From Pseudomonadota bacterium (lineage in GTDB: Bacteria > Pseudomonadota > Gammaproteobacteria > Acidiferrobacterales > Acidiferrobacteraceae): 64,000 nucleotides of DNA. Location: the NCBI GenBank assembly GCA_021819245.1, contig JAKARI010000007.1, positions 5,525 to 69,524 on the forward strand, written 5' to 3'. The stretch's first letter is position 1, and every line of letters begins with the position of its first letter. A program made the position numbers and the translations under genes. The notes below the pieces were generated by a model. That model did no database searches and had not been told where the DNA came from. It was given only the letters and a program-made list of their open reading frames with translations. Below are positions 48,681-59,160 of the stretch, piece after piece.

Positions 48681-49562
48681 TTACGGGGCCGTCAGCACCC
48701 GCAGCGCCTCCTCATAGCGCGCCACGGTCTGGGCCACCACCTCCGGCGGCAGGCGCGGGGCCGGTGGGCGCTTGTCCCACGCCAGGGTCTCGAGGTAGTC
48801 CCGGACATACTGCTTGTCGAAGCTCGGCGGACTGCCCCCGGGCCGGTATGAGGCCTGCGGCCAGAAACGAGACGAATCCGGGGTCAGGACCTCGTCGATC
48901 AGCACCAGCCGGCCCTCGTCATCGGCCGCAAACTCGAACTTGGTGTCGGCGATGATGATCCCGCGCGTGGCGGCAAACGCCGCGGCCTCGGCATAGAGCT
49001 TAAGGCTCGTGTCGCGCACGGCGCGCGCAAGCCCCGCGCCGAGCAGCGCCTCGGCCTTCGCATAGTCGATATTCTCATCATGGGCCCCGGCCGCAGCCTT
49101 GGTCGAGGGGGTAAACAGCGGCTGCGGGAGGCGCTCGGCCTCGCGCAGACCCGGCGGCAGCGCCATTGCGCAGAGTGCGCCGGTCTGCCGGTACTCTTTC
49201 CACCCGGACCCGGCCAGATAACCGCGCACGATGGCCTCGATCGGCAAGGGCGTAAGGCGTCGGACCACCATCGCCCGATCCGCCACCAAGGCGCGCTCTG
49301 CGGGGTCCGGCAAGACCGATGCGAGCGGCCGGTCGGAGAGGTGGTTTGCGACGATCCCGGCCGTGCGCGCAAACCAGAATCGCGACAAGGCGTTGAGAAT
49401 GCGGCCCTTGCCAGGGATGGGATCGGGCAACACACAGTCGAAGGCCGACAACCGGTCGGTGGTCACGACCAGCAGGTGGTGGGGCCCGGCATCATAGATG
49501 TCCCGGACCTTGCCGCGATGCATAAGCGGCAGGTGCAGCTTCGATTCATACAAGGTATCCAC
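48681..49562 (-). CDS. purC: phosphoribosylaminoimidazole-succinocarboxamide (SAICAR) synthase
   Basis: 293 aa. HRGKVRDIYD and LIDEVLTPDSSRFW motifs. Confidence 0.9.
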   Translation of the reverse strand: MDTLYESKLHLPLMHRGKVRDIYDAGPHHLLVVTTDRLSAFDCVLPDPIPGKGRILNALSRFWFARTAGIVANHLSDRPLASVLPDPAERALVADRAMVVRRLTPLPIEAIVRGYLAGSGWKEYRQTGALCAMALPPGLREAERLPQPLFTPSTKAAAGAHDENIDYAKAEALLGAGLARAVRDTSLKLYAEAAAFAATRGIIIADTKFEFAADDEGRLVLIDEVLTPDSSRFWPQASYRPGGSPPSFDKQYVRDYLETLAWDKRPPAPRLPPEVVAQTVARYEEALRVLTAP

Positions 49563-49638
49563 GCTATCGCACCCGCTCGCTCATCATCGCCCCTCCGTTG
49601 TCATGGCGCGCGCCGCCCAACCCCCCGGCGCGGCGCCA

Positions 49639-51507
49639 TTATGCGCCCTGAAGGCCCAATAACAAGCCATTGAGCCGGTGCACGAAATCCGCCCCGTCCT
49701 CCAGCGTCCCCCCCTCGGCGAGGATCGCCTGATCGAACAGCAATCGGGTCCAATCGGCAAAACGCTCCTCCTGGGCCTCGCCCCGCAGGCGCGCAATGAG
49801 CGGATGCCCAGGATTGATCTCGAGTGCCGGGCGGCTCGCGGGGGCATTTTGGCCGGCGGCCTTCAACAGCCGCTCGAGGTGGATGCCAAGGTCGTGCTCG
49901 CCGGCCACCAGGCAGACCGGGGATTCCGTGAGCCGATGACTGACGCGCACCTCCTTGACCTTGTCGCCGAGCACCTTGGCCATGCGTTCGGTCAGCTCCT
50001 TCCATTCCGGCGCCCCCGTATCGGGCGCCGGGGCCTCGTCATCCGGCCCGATTCCGGCAAGATCGAGATCACCCTTGGCCACCGAGCGCAGACCATGGCC
50101 CTCGAATTCCGAGAGGTGGGTCACCAGCCACTCGTCGATCCGATCCGTCAGCAACAGCACCTCGATACCCTTGCGGCGAAAGATCTCGAGGTGCGGGCTG
50201 CGGCGCGCGGCAGCCGCGCTTTCGGCGGTCACGTAGTAGATCTTGTCCTGGCCCTTGGCCATACGCGCGACATAATCGGCCAGGGATACCTCCTCACCAT
50301 TCTCGGCGGTGGTCTGAAAGCGCAGGAGCTTGGCGATGCGGTCGCGATGACCGGCATCCTCCACGATGCCTTCCTTCAACACCACCCCGAACTCGGTCCA
50401 GAAGGTACGGTACTTCTCCGGCTCCTTCTCCGAGAGCTCAGCCAAAAGATCGAGCACCTTACGCGTGGCGCCGCTGCGTATGGTGTCGATATCGCGGCTC
50501 TTTTGCAGGATCTCGCGCGAGACGTTCAATGGCAGGTCGGCGGCGTCGATCACGCCGCGCACGAAGCGCAGGTAATTGGGCAGGAGCTGCTCGGCATCGT
50601 CCATGATGAACACGCGACGCACATAGAGCTTCACGCCGTAGCGGCGGTCCCGGTCGAACAGGTCGAAGGGCGCGCGGCGCGGAACGAACAACAGGATCGT
50701 ATACTCCTGCTTGCCCTCGACACGGCTGTGGATATGAGCAAGCGGCGCCTCGAAATCGTGCGCTATATGCTTGTAAAACTCGTCGTATTCGAGCTCCGTG
50801 ACCTCCTGGCGCGGCCGCGCCCAGAGGGCCGCGGCCTTGTTCACGGTCTCCAGCGCGCCCTCGGCGCCGGGCATGACGATAGGCAGGGTGATATGGTCCG
50901 AATAGCGCCGTATGATGGCCTTTAAGCGGTGGTCATCGAGAAATTCCTCCTCGCCCTCGCGCAGATGCAGCACCACGGTGGTGCCGCGGCCCGCCCGCTC
51001 CACGGTCTCGATCGTGTACTCGCCGGTGCCCGCCGATTCCCACGCCACGCCCTGAGTCGCGGGTGTCCCGGCGCGCCGTGTCAGCAGCGTCACGCGATCG
51101 GCGACCATGAACGCCGAATAGAACCCGACCCCGAACTGTCCGATAAGGCGCGCGTCCTTGGCCTCGTCGCCGGTCAGCCTCTCGAAGAAACGGCGCGTGC
51201 CGGAACTCGCAATCGTGCCGATATTCTCTATGACCTCGTCGCGCGTCATGCCAATGCCGTTATCGGCGATGGTTATGGTGCGCGATGCCTTGTCGACCTC
51301 CACGCGGATCTTGAGATCGGAATCGCCCTCATACAGGGATTCGTCGCGCAGCGCCTCGAAGCGCAGCTTGTCGACCGCATCGGAGGCATTCGATATGAGC
51401 TCGCGAAGGAATATGTCCTTGTCGCTGTAGAGCGAATGGATCATGAGATCGAGGAGCTGCCGCACCTCGGTCTGAAAACCCAGGGTCTGTTTTTCGGTTG
51501 TCGTCAT
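49639..51507 (-). CDS. htpG: molecular chaperone HtpG (Hsp90)
   Basis: 622 aa. ELISNASDA and [11 protein letters not shown] signatures. Confidence 0.95.
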   Translation of the reverse strand: MTTTEKQTLGFQTEVRQLLDLMIHSLYSDKDIFLRELISNASDAVDKLRFEALRDESLYEGDSDLKIRVEVDKASRTITIADNGIGMTRDEVIENIGTIASSGTRRFFERLTGDEAKDARLIGQFGVGFYSAFMVADRVTLLTRRAGTPATQGVAWESAGTGEYTIETVERAGRGTTVVLHLREGEEEFLDDHRLKAIIRRYSDHITLPIVMPGAEGALETVNKAAALWARPRQEVTELEYDEFYKHIAHDFEAPLAHIHSRVEGKQEYTILLFVPRRAPFDLFDRDRRYGVKLYVRRVFIMDDAEQLLPNYLRFVRGVIDAADLPLNVSREILQKSRDIDTIRSGATRKVLDLLAELSEKEPEKYRTFWTEFGVVLKEGIVEDAGHRDRIAKLLRFQTTAENGEEVSLADYVARMAKGQDKIYYVTAESAAAARRSPHLEIFRRKGIEVLLLTDRIDEWLVTHLSEFEGHGLRSVAKGDLDLAGIGPDDEAPAPDTGAPEWKELTERMAKVLGDKVKEVRVSHRLTESPVCLVAGEHDLGIHLERLLKAAGQNAPASRPALEINPGHPLIARLRGEAQEERFADWTRLLFDQAILAEGGTLEDGADFVHRLNGLLLGLQGA

Positions 51508-51576
51508 AGCCGCTCATCACCTCTCGCCACTGTACCGGAATGCCAGGGCGCATGATGGGGGCGCATGATACCCAAT

Positions 51577-54189
51577 TCAACCGTCGGTGGCCGCCTGCGC
51601 GCGCAAATATTCGGTGGCCGCCTCGGCATCCAGCGGGGCGGCGATGTAACGGCCCTGCACGCCCTCGCACCCGGCCTCCCTCAAGAACTGATACTGCGCG
51701 GCGGTCTCGACCCCGCTTGCAATGACCTTAAGGCCCAGGGCGCGCCCAAGCGCGATGATGGCGATGACCACCGCATCATTATGGTCATCGCCGATCCCGG
51801 CGATGAACGCCGCCTCGATCTTGAGGGCATCGATGCGCAGGCGGCGCAACATGCCAAGCGTCGACGACGCCCCTCCGAAATTCTGAACGACGAGCCGCAC
51901 ACCCTGCTCTTTGAGGGTGCGCAAGGGTCCGGCCAGCTGGTCCGGGGTGTCGACCAGCAGTTCCTCGGAGAGCTCCAAGACCAGGTCGTCTGGCTGCAGG
52001 GCGAACTCGCTCAAGACCGCATCGATGAACCCGGTGAGGCCCGCATGTATCCACTGGCGGCGCGATACATTGACCGCCACCGGGAAAACGCCCAGGCCCT
52101 CGTCGCGCCAGCGCCGATTCTGGTGGCAGGCCGACCGCAGCACCCACTCGCCGATCTCGGTCATGAGCCCTGCCTCGTCCAACGCCGCCAGGAATTCACC
52201 AGGGTATTTGAGTCCCTCGGTCGGATGCGTCCAGCGAAGCAGCGCCTCCATCGCCACCAGCTGCCGATTCGCGGCCTGCACCTGTGGCTGATAGACGAGC
52301 GAGAATTCGCCGCGCTCCAGGGCCTGGCGCAGGTCCACGGGCGGCGCCAGGGGATAGGCGGGCGACAGGCTCATCTTGCCGTGGTCGAAGAAGCGGTAGG
52401 TGTTCTTGCCCGCGGCCTTGGCCTCATACATGGCGGCATCGGCGGCGCGCACGAGCGTGCGGCTGTCGCTGCCATCCTGCGGATAGACGGCGATACCGAT
52501 ACTTACGCTCAGCGAGACCTCGCCTAGCGCCACCGCGAGCGGCTCGCGCAAGGCGGCCATGATCTTGTTGACCACAGGCAGCGCATCCTGGCCGGTCCGC
52601 AGCGCCGGCAGGACCACCGCGAACTCGTCTCCGCCCAGGCGCGCCAGGGTATCGGTGAGGCGCACCACGCGCCGCAGCCGCTCCCCTACGAGCACCAGGA
52701 CCCGGTCGCCCGTGCTGTGCCCGAAGGTGTCGTTCACCTGCTTGAACCCATCCATGTCCAGAAAGAGCAGCACCGACGCCCCTTTGGCCGCACGGGCCTC
52801 GGCTAGGGCCCGTTCGAGGCGCTCATGAAACAAGATGCGGTTGGGCAGCTCGGTCAAGGGGTCATGGGTCGCCTGATGGGCCAGCCGGTCGGTCATCTCC
52901 CGCTTTTCGGCGATATCCCGCAGCGACAATACCACCCCCAATACCCGCCCGTTCGCGTGACGGCGCGGGGCGGCATCGTACTCCACCAAAATGCCGTGGC
53001 CGTCGCGATGAAATATGAGCGCCTCCCCGGATACCGGCGCGCCCTGGGCAAGACACGCCGCCCGGGGGTCGAGCAGCCCTCCCCGATATTCATCGAGAAA
53101 CGGCAGGACCTCTTGCAACAGGCGCCCGGCAACGGCCGACCAGATCCAGCCGGTGAGCTGTTCGGCGGCACGGTTGAGATACTCGATGCGGCCGTCCGGG
53201 TCCGTGGCCAGCACCGCGTCGGCAAGCGACTGCACGATTCCTTCGGCACGAATCCGCGCCTCCGACCACGGCTCCTTTTCCGCGACCGGTTCAACGACCG
53301 GCCGCGGCTTGCCGCGCGCCCGGTACAACACCGCGGCGGCCGCCCATACCACGAACAGCCAAAGCACGGCGGCAAAGGCCGCGTGCCGCGCGGGCGCGTA
53401 GAGACCACGCCGCGGGCGTAGCGCAAAGGCCGTTAGGGGGTATCCGCGGATCCGCCGATAGACACCGATCCACAGGCCGCCATGCGACTTTAAGGAAACG
53501 CCAAAACGCCCGGCACGCCGGCGCCCGATGATGGGCATATGGGCGCCCGCATGCGCGCCCGCCAGCGCGGATCCGATGGCGATGATCGGGCCGCGGCTCC
53601 AGGAGAGTCCCGTCACGGTGTGCGCGGGTCCGGCCGCCACCCACCCCGGATCCGCTCGCCACAACGCCCATATCAGGAACCGGATGCGATGGCTCGCGCG
53701 CACCGTAAACCATACCGGCATACCGCGACTTCCATCCGGATGCCCCATGCGCAAGGCCCCTTGCGGATGGGCCCGCGCCCAGGCGCTTGCCTCCCGCACG
53801 CCGGGGATATGCACCGGCGTATTCGGCGTCCGCCACCATAAAGACCCATGCGGACCGAGGACCGCCAGGGCCCGTATCCCGGGCTCCTTTGCCACGAACT
53901 GCCGGCCCAACCCGCCAATCCACAAATAGTCGCCGCCGCTTCGCAACTGCGGCACGCGGGCGATCTCGCGGCCCAAGGACGCCAACGCCGCACGCTGATG
54001 CTTGAGGCGCCGCCGCACGGCCGCCGTCTCGCGCCGCGCCGCCCCGGCAAGGGCGCTCCAGGCATCGCGCCGGGCCTGCGCAAAGGAGGCCGCCACATAC
54101 CCCCCCGCCGCGAGCGCCGACAACAGCGCAAGCCCTATGAGCGCCGCCGCCTGCCAGCGTCGCGACCAATCCGCACGAACGCCACTCAT
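51577..54189 (-). CDS. membrane sensor PAS-GGDEF-EAL protein (EAL partly degenerate)
   Basis: Start MSGVRADW at 54189. TM, ~300-aa periplasmic-like region, second TM, PAS (DGRIEYLNRAAEQLTGW). RLTDTLARLGGDEF gives an I-site plus GGDEF. EAL motif MEALLRW is present, but DDFG is QNFG and EGVE is SGVE. Confidence 0.82.
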   Translation of the reverse strand: MSGVRADWSRRWQAAALIGLALLSALAAGGYVAASFAQARRDAWSALAGAARRETAAVRRRLKHQRAALASLGREIARVPQLRSGGDYLWIGGLGRQFVAKEPGIRALAVLGPHGSLWWRTPNTPVHIPGVREASAWARAHPQGALRMGHPDGSRGMPVWFTVRASHRIRFLIWALWRADPGWVAAGPAHTVTGLSWSRGPIIAIGSALAGAHAGAHMPIIGRRRAGRFGVSLKSHGGLWIGVYRRIRGYPLTAFALRPRRGLYAPARHAAFAAVLWLFVVWAAAAVLYRARGKPRPVVEPVAEKEPWSEARIRAEGIVQSLADAVLATDPDGRIEYLNRAAEQLTGWIWSAVAGRLLQEVLPFLDEYRGGLLDPRAACLAQGAPVSGEALIFHRDGHGILVEYDAAPRRHANGRVLGVVLSLRDIAEKREMTDRLAHQATHDPLTELPNRILFHERLERALAEARAAKGASVLLFLDMDGFKQVNDTFGHSTGDRVLVLVGERLRRVVRLTDTLARLGGDEFAVVLPALRTGQDALPVVNKIMAALREPLAVALGEVSLSVSIGIAVYPQDGSDSRTLVRAADAAMYEAKAAGKNTYRFFDHGKMSLSPAYPLAPPVDLRQALERGEFSLVYQPQVQAANRQLVAMEALLRWTHPTEGLKYPGEFLAALDEAGLMTEIGEWVLRSACHQNRRWRDEGLGVFPVAVNVSRRQWIHAGLTGFIDAVLSEFALQPDDLVLELSEELLVDTPDQLAGPLRTLKEQGVRLVVQNFGGASSTLGMLRRLRIDALKIEAAFIAGIGDDHNDAVVIAIIALGRALGLKVIASGVETAAQYQFLREAGCEGVQGRYIAAPLDAEAATEYLRAQAATDG

Positions 54190-54774
54190 GACGCCCCATC
54201 CGCGGGATGGTCGCCGCCGGGATACGACCATGGCGGGACGGCAGCGGCACCCCACGTCGCCCAACACACGGCCCTCGGGGGCCCCGTCGCGATACCCGTC
54301 CTGCCGTGCCCGCCGACGTGATCGCCGGGCGCGATCCCCCCCATGTCGTGACGGCCAGTACCGTCCGATGCCCCCACAGGACCGCTCATGCGGTTCCCTT
54401 CTCCCGACCGTTGATTTTCGTAAGAGTATAGCCGAGCCATCGGGAAACCTGACATGCCGTGGGGCTTTTCAATCACGCGCCCCCGCGGCCGCGTGTTGTC
54501 AGGCCCGCCTGGCACGGATAAAATGCCCCCACGGGCACGGGACCCCCCCGGGGGGCCACACCCGACACCGGAGAGATGGGGATCCAGCCGGCGCCGCCTG
54601 CGGGTTTGAAGGACGCCGTCACAAACCCGTCGTGAGTTCCCCTATGCAGGACACCTCGGATGCCGTAAATGAGAGGTCCTGGTCGCGGATAGTCAAAACC
54701 GGACAAACGATCAACCAAGGGGCCGAACACGCCGCCGAATCGGGGCATTCGGCCGCGGAGCGCCACGCGCCACG

Positions 54775-55527
54775 ATGACCCATCTCACCATTGCCGAACT
54801 CCTGCATAGGCCGATGCTGCTCGCCCTTCTTCTGCTCATCGTGTTTGCGGCCTTTTATGTCCGCGCCACCATAGGCTTTGGCTCCGGACTGATCGCCGTA
54901 GCCCTGCTGTCGCTCTACTTCCCGGTCAAGGAGGTCGTCCCGGTGGTTTTGCTGCTGGATCTTCTGGGGTCGGTGCTGTTGGGCGCCTACGATTTTCGGG
55001 AAATGCAGTGGCAGGAGCTCACATGGCTCATCCCGGGCTCGCTCGTGGGGCTTGCCATCGGGGCCGTGATCCTCGCCCACACGCACGCCCAAAGGCTCAC
55101 GCTGTTCCTTGGCATCTTCATTCTCGCCTACGTCGTCTATGCGATCGCGGCCAAACCCGAGCGCGTGGCGCGTATCGCGCGCGCCTGGGCCCTGCCCTTA
55201 GGGGTGTTTGGCGGCATCATCGGCAGCCTCTACGGGGGCGGGGGCCCGCCGCTTGTCGCCTACCTGCAGATGCGTCATCTCGAGAAACGGGCGTTTCGCG
55301 CCACGTTTCAGGCCATAGCGCTCGCCGACAATGTCGTGCGTGGCGGGCTCTATGCGGCCTTTGGCCTGCTCACATGGCCGCTTACCGCGGTCTTTGCGGT
55401 CATGGCGCCGGCCGCGGCCTTCGGGCTCTATCTGGGTAACCACCTGCATATGCGCATCAACCAGCGCCTATTCCTGCGCGCCACGCTCGCGCTGCTTGCG
55501 GTGGTGGGCGCCAAATATCTGATCTGA
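54775..55527 (+). CDS. TauE/SafE (TSUP) family anion exporter
   Basis: 250 aa, about 8 TM segments, internal two-fold repeat with Gly-rich GGIIGSLYGGGGPPL. Confidence 0.75.
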   Translation: MTHLTIAELLHRPMLLALLLLIVFAAFYVRATIGFGSGLIAVALLSLYFPVKEVVPVVLLLDLLGSVLLGAYDFREMQWQELTWLIPGSLVGLAIGAVILAHTHAQRLTLFLGIFILAYVVYAIAAKPERVARIARAWALPLGVFGGIIGSLYGGGGPPLVAYLQMRHLEKRAFRATFQAIALADNVVRGGLYAAFGLLTWPLTAVFAVMAPAAAFGLYLGNHLHMRINQRLFLRATLALLAVVGAKYLI

Positions 55528-55545
55528 TCCCGACTGCCAAGGCCG

Positions 55546-55569
55546 CCTGGGGGCGCAACCGCCCCCAGG
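55546..55569. terminator. hairpin between convergent tauE-like and OMP genes
   Basis: CCTGGGGGCG-CAAC-CGCCCCCAGG gives a 10-bp GC-rich stem. Confidence 0.45.
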
Positions 55570-55578
55570 GCGCACGCA

Positions 55579-56079
55579 TCAGCTCATGGCGAACTGGTAG
55601 GTCACGCCCGCCAACAACTCGTCGCCGTTCTGACTGGGACCCCCGGCAACGCGCGGATCTATGATCACATCATATTCCGCCCGCAGATCCAGCTGTTGCA
55701 TGACGCGATAACTGACGCCCACACCGAGAATCGGCCGTGTGCTGTTGCGAATGAAGGCGTTATTGTCGCTCTGAATATTGGCAACACCCAGGCGCGCCAG
55801 GACGTGCAGGCCGCGCACCCGGGGAATCGGCGTCCGGTACAAGGCGCTGGCCGTGAAAAGACCGATATTCGAGGGGTTCGCGCTCAGGAACTGATAGCCA
55901 ACCTCAAGCCCTACGGGAAAGGACCGTGTCGAAAGACCGCCGTAGATGCCGACAGGAGAGGTGCCGGCAAGCGCCCCGCCGGTGAGACCCACGTCACCGC
56001 CCACCCAGACACGCGCGAAACTCGCCACCGGGCAGGCGCATAACGCGAGCACGCCCGCCATTGCCAAACGATTCTTCAT
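55579..56079 (-). CDS. small outer-membrane beta-barrel protein
   Basis: 166 aa. Signal peptide MKNRLAMAGVLALCACPVASFA. Alternating beta-strand pattern. C-terminal beta-signal-like GVTYQF. Confidence 0.7.
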   Translation of the reverse strand: MKNRLAMAGVLALCACPVASFARVWVGGDVGLTGGALAGTSPVGIYGGLSTRSFPVGLEVGYQFLSANPSNIGLFTASALYRTPIPRVRGLHVLARLGVANIQSDNNAFIRNSTRPILGVGVSYRVMQQLDLRAEYDVIIDPRVAGGPSQNGDELLAGVTYQFAMS

Positions 56080-56338
56080 GTCATCATCTCCTTTGTCATA
56101 ATATCTTCGCGCCCTCCCCTTAACAGAGGTCCGTCAGGGGCGCTATTCTAGATCTTTGATGGCCCCGCCGAAGCGGCGCAACGGAACTTCCGGGCCCCCG
56201 ACCCTCACAAATGGTCACAATCAGATCGCACAGCGGCGCTTACCATAACACGGACATGGATAACACAATCGCTCTATACGACCCCGCATACCCGGTTCCC
56301 GACAAAACGTCCGGCAGGGCCGATGGATCGGTGCGGCC

Positions 56339-57619
56339 ATGACGACGAGACGGTCCTCGCGAGTCTGGAAAAAGGCGGCCCTGGCGCTGCGGCTCGCCGG
56401 TCTCCATGTGCGCTCACAACGCATGAAGTACAAACTGCGCGCGCTCGGCCGCCGGCAACTCACCTTGACGCAGGAGATCGCATGGCTCGAGACGCGCCGG
56501 CAGACCCCCACGCCGCCGGCACGGGCCGGCCGCACGGCCTTGAGTGATGCGCGCGCAGACCCGATCTGGATTCATGCCCCATGGCGCGCCGGATCGACCT
56601 ATGTCTGGAACAAATTCCGGTCGCACCCCCGCTATCTCGCCTTCTATGAGCCCTTCCATGAGATACTAGAAACGCTCACGCCCGCCACGATAGAAACCAC
56701 GACGGCAACCTCTTGGCCATCCGGCCACCCCCGGCTCGCCGCCCCCTACTATCGCGAATATGAGTCCTTGCTCGTGCAAGGCGGCGGGGTGCGCGGTTTC
56801 GCGCATACCTTCCCCTACACATATTATTTTGCCAATGACGAGCCGCTCTCGCGCCAGCAGGCCTATCTCAACGGCCTCGTCGCGCACGCGCGGGCCCTGG
56901 GACGCCGCCCCGTATTCGGCTTTTGCCGGTCGACCGGGCGCGCGGCGTGGTTTGCGCGCTACATGCCCGGTACCCATATCGCCCTGACCCGCGATGGCTT
57001 GGGCCTGTGGCGCTCGGCATTCAGCCGCAGCCGGGCCCTTGGCGACATGTATTTCATCACGCGGCCGCTCATAATCCTGCTCATGAGCCGGCGCGACCCC
57101 TGGATCGCCGATTACCTCGCCTCCTTGGACCTAGACCCCGTGGCGCGCCTGTGCGACCTGGGGCGCGCCGAGCACGAGGCCGAGCGCCTCGCGACCCGGG
57201 ACCCCGCGCTGACGATGCGCGCATTCGCCGCAGTCTTCGCCCTCGGCACCGCGCTGTCGCAACGCCACGCCGACATCGTCGTGCCGATCGAGGGCCTGTC
57301 CACCGAGGCCGGGCGGCGGGCGCTGACCGCGTCGCTTGCCGGACGCTTTGATATCGCCCTCGACTGGAGCGATTGCGCGATCCCGATCTATCAGGCGCGG
57401 CCGGACGACAAGCCCTTCCTGGCCCATTGGCACGAGGCCCTGTGCCGAGCCGAGGCCTGCGTGTCCAATGTGGTAACACCGGCGCAAAGGCCCGCACACA
57501 ACGGTCGGGCCGCCCGCCAGACGGTGTTCAAGGGGGAATACGGCGCGCCGACACCGGAAGATCGCACCGCAGGGCAGCGCGCGCCACAGGCGGGCCACAC
57601 CCTATCCAAGGGGGCCTGA
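56339..57619 (+). CDS. hypothetical protein, sulfotransferase-like
   Basis: 426 aa (an alternative start MKYKLRAL at 56423 is possible). IWIHAPWRAGSTYVWNKFRSHP resembles the PAPS 5'-phosphosulfate loop. LTRDGLGLWRSAFS resembles the 3'-phosphate motif. Stop overlaps the GT9 start (TGATG). Confidence 0.45.
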   Translation: MTTRRSSRVWKKAALALRLAGLHVRSQRMKYKLRALGRRQLTLTQEIAWLETRRQTPTPPARAGRTALSDARADPIWIHAPWRAGSTYVWNKFRSHPRYLAFYEPFHEILETLTPATIETTTATSWPSGHPRLAAPYYREYESLLVQGGGVRGFAHTFPYTYYFANDEPLSRQQAYLNGLVAHARALGRRPVFGFCRSTGRAAWFARYMPGTHIALTRDGLGLWRSAFSRSRALGDMYFITRPLIILLMSRRDPWIADYLASLDLDPVARLCDLGRAEHEAERLATRDPALTMRAFAAVFALGTALSQRHADIVVPIEGLSTEAGRRALTASLAGRFDIALDWSDCAIPIYQARPDDKPFLAHWHEALCRAEACVSNVVTPAQRPAHNGRAARQTVFKGEYGAPTPEDRTAGQRAPQAGHTLSKGA

Positions 57620-58776
57620 TGGCGCGCGCGCCAAGGCCGCAGACCCCGCGCCCCGGCGCGCCGCCCGATGCGGTGCGCCCATCGCAATTGCGGCGGGTCC
57701 TCATCATCATGCCGCAACTCCTGGGCGATGCGGTGCTGGCATCGGTCCTCGTCAGCGCCCTGCGCGATATCATCCCGGACTGCCGCATCGATGTCATGGT
57801 GCACCGGCCGCTTTTCGCGCTCTTTGCCGACAACCCGGCGATCGCCGCGGTCTTTACCATCGACCGGGACTGGCGCAAAAAAGGCCTATGGCGCACGATA
57901 AAGCCGCGACTGGCCCTGATTCGCGCCCTGCGCGCGCGCCGCTATGACCTGCTCATTCAATCCCCGCATACCACCGATGGCTCATGGGGTCCGGCGCTCA
58001 TCGCCCTTTTGCGCATCCCCTACGCCGTGGGGGCGTCGGCGGTCACGCACGGCTCCCCCCTCAAGCGATTCCTGTGGCGGCGGCTCTTTACCCATACCCT
58101 GCCCCCGCCCCCCGACCCGGACCGCCGCCATGTCGCCGAACTGCATCTCGATCTCTTGCGGCGTCTGGGTCTGGTGGTGAGTCCCGCCGCGCGGCGCGCC
58201 ACCATCGAGCCTGGGGCCGCGGCCTACGCGCGCACCGACACGCTGCTCGCCATGCGCCAGATCCCGCACCAGGGCTTCGTACTGTTTGCGCCGTGCGCCG
58301 GACAGCGCGGCCGCACCCTGCCAAAGCCCCTGTGCCGGGACTTTCTCGATCACTGCGAGGGTCGCGGGCTGCCGGTCGTGATCATCAGCGGACACGAGCC
58401 CTGGCAGCAGGCCTTCGTGCGCGCGCTTACGCAAGGTCGCGGCCATGGCATTCACGAATTCGCGGGCACGCTCACGCTTGCCGAACTCGCCGCCTTGGCA
58501 TCGGCCGCGCGCGTCTTCGTCGGGGTCGATTCCGGCCCGATGCATATGGCCGCGGCCATGGACCTGCCGGTGATCGCCTGTTTCGGGCCCGGGAATTTCC
58601 ATCGCTTCGGTCCCTGGCAGACGCGCCACTTTGTGATCACAGCCTACCGGCCCTGCCAGCCGTGCGAACTCGATGGCTGCGGGGGCGGCGGGCATGCCGA
58701 CTGCCTCCACGATATCGAATCCCGCACCTTATTGGACGCATTTCAGGAATTTGAGGCGCCGGCCGGCGCCTTATGA
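57619..58776 (+). CDS. glycosyltransferase family 9 (heptosyltransferase-like)
   Basis: Start MARAPRPQ at 57619 (track ORF starts at 57373). RRVLIIMPQLLGDAVLASVL and GVDSGPMHMAAAMDLPV are typical GT9 motifs. Confidence 0.8.
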   Translation: MARAPRPQTPRPGAPPDAVRPSQLRRVLIIMPQLLGDAVLASVLVSALRDIIPDCRIDVMVHRPLFALFADNPAIAAVFTIDRDWRKKGLWRTIKPRLALIRALRARRYDLLIQSPHTTDGSWGPALIALLRIPYAVGASAVTHGSPLKRFLWRRLFTHTLPPPPDPDRRHVAELHLDLLRRLGLVVSPAARRATIEPGAAAYARTDTLLAMRQIPHQGFVLFAPCAGQRGRTLPKPLCRDFLDHCEGRGLPVVIISGHEPWQQAFVRALTQGRGHGIHEFAGTLTLAELAALASAARVFVGVDSGPMHMAAAMDLPVIACFGPGNFHRFGPWQTRHFVITAYRPCQPCELDGCGGGGHADCLHDIESRTLLDAFQEFEAPAGAL

Positions 58777-58802
58777 AGGCAGCCCGCAGACCGCGGCCCC
58801 GC

Positions 58803-58856
58803 TTACAGAAAAATCACCAGCATCATATAGACAAAGATCAAACCCTTCGGTATGAT
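58803..58856 (+). promoter_or_regulatory. AT-rich island with two overlapping sigma70-like promoters upstream of pelA
   Basis: TTACAG-17 nt-TATAGA (58803-58831) and TAGACA-17 nt-TATGAT (58828-58856). This is the only AT-rich patch between the GT9 gene and pelA. Confidence 0.35.
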
Positions 58857-59120
58857 CGGCCCATGGGCGTGCTCTAAGTACTAGCCGTCGGCCCCATAAT
58901 CATATCAATCGGGGTCACCAAGGCCCGGCGGCGGGCACAACCGAGGCGTAGCAGAGGACAGGCCGGGGTAGGCCTGTGCGCCTTCGTGAAAACCATCAGG
59001 GAAACACACGGAATCGTAAAGTGGCCCGGGCGTCCTGCCCGATGGCAGGCGCGGCGCGTTGTGCGCACGCCCCTGGCACCGGACGAGGCGCGCGGGTCTC
59101 GGACCGTCTCTTGCGGCTCT

Positions 59121-59146
59121 CCGCCGCGGGTGCGGCGGTATTTTCG
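59121..59146 (+). terminator. terminator-like hairpin in the pelA leader
   Basis: CCGCCGC-GGGT-GCGGCGG followed by TATTTTCG. It ends 15 nt before the pelA ATG (59161). Confidence 0.35.
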
Positions 59147-59160
59147 CGGTGGCGAGCCTG

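Noticed and set aside
58997-59055. CAGGGAAACACACGGAATCGTAAAGTGGCCCGGG in the pelA leader loosely resembles the GEMM-I (c-di-GMP-I) segment CAGGGCAAACC...GAAA...ACGCAAAGCC.CCGG.
   Set aside because: The tetraloop is GAAT rather than GNRA on a 3-bp stem, ACGCAAAGC is not present, and no 3' GGGUUACC-like partner was found. This is insufficient to call a riboswitch. It is left as a test suggestion only.
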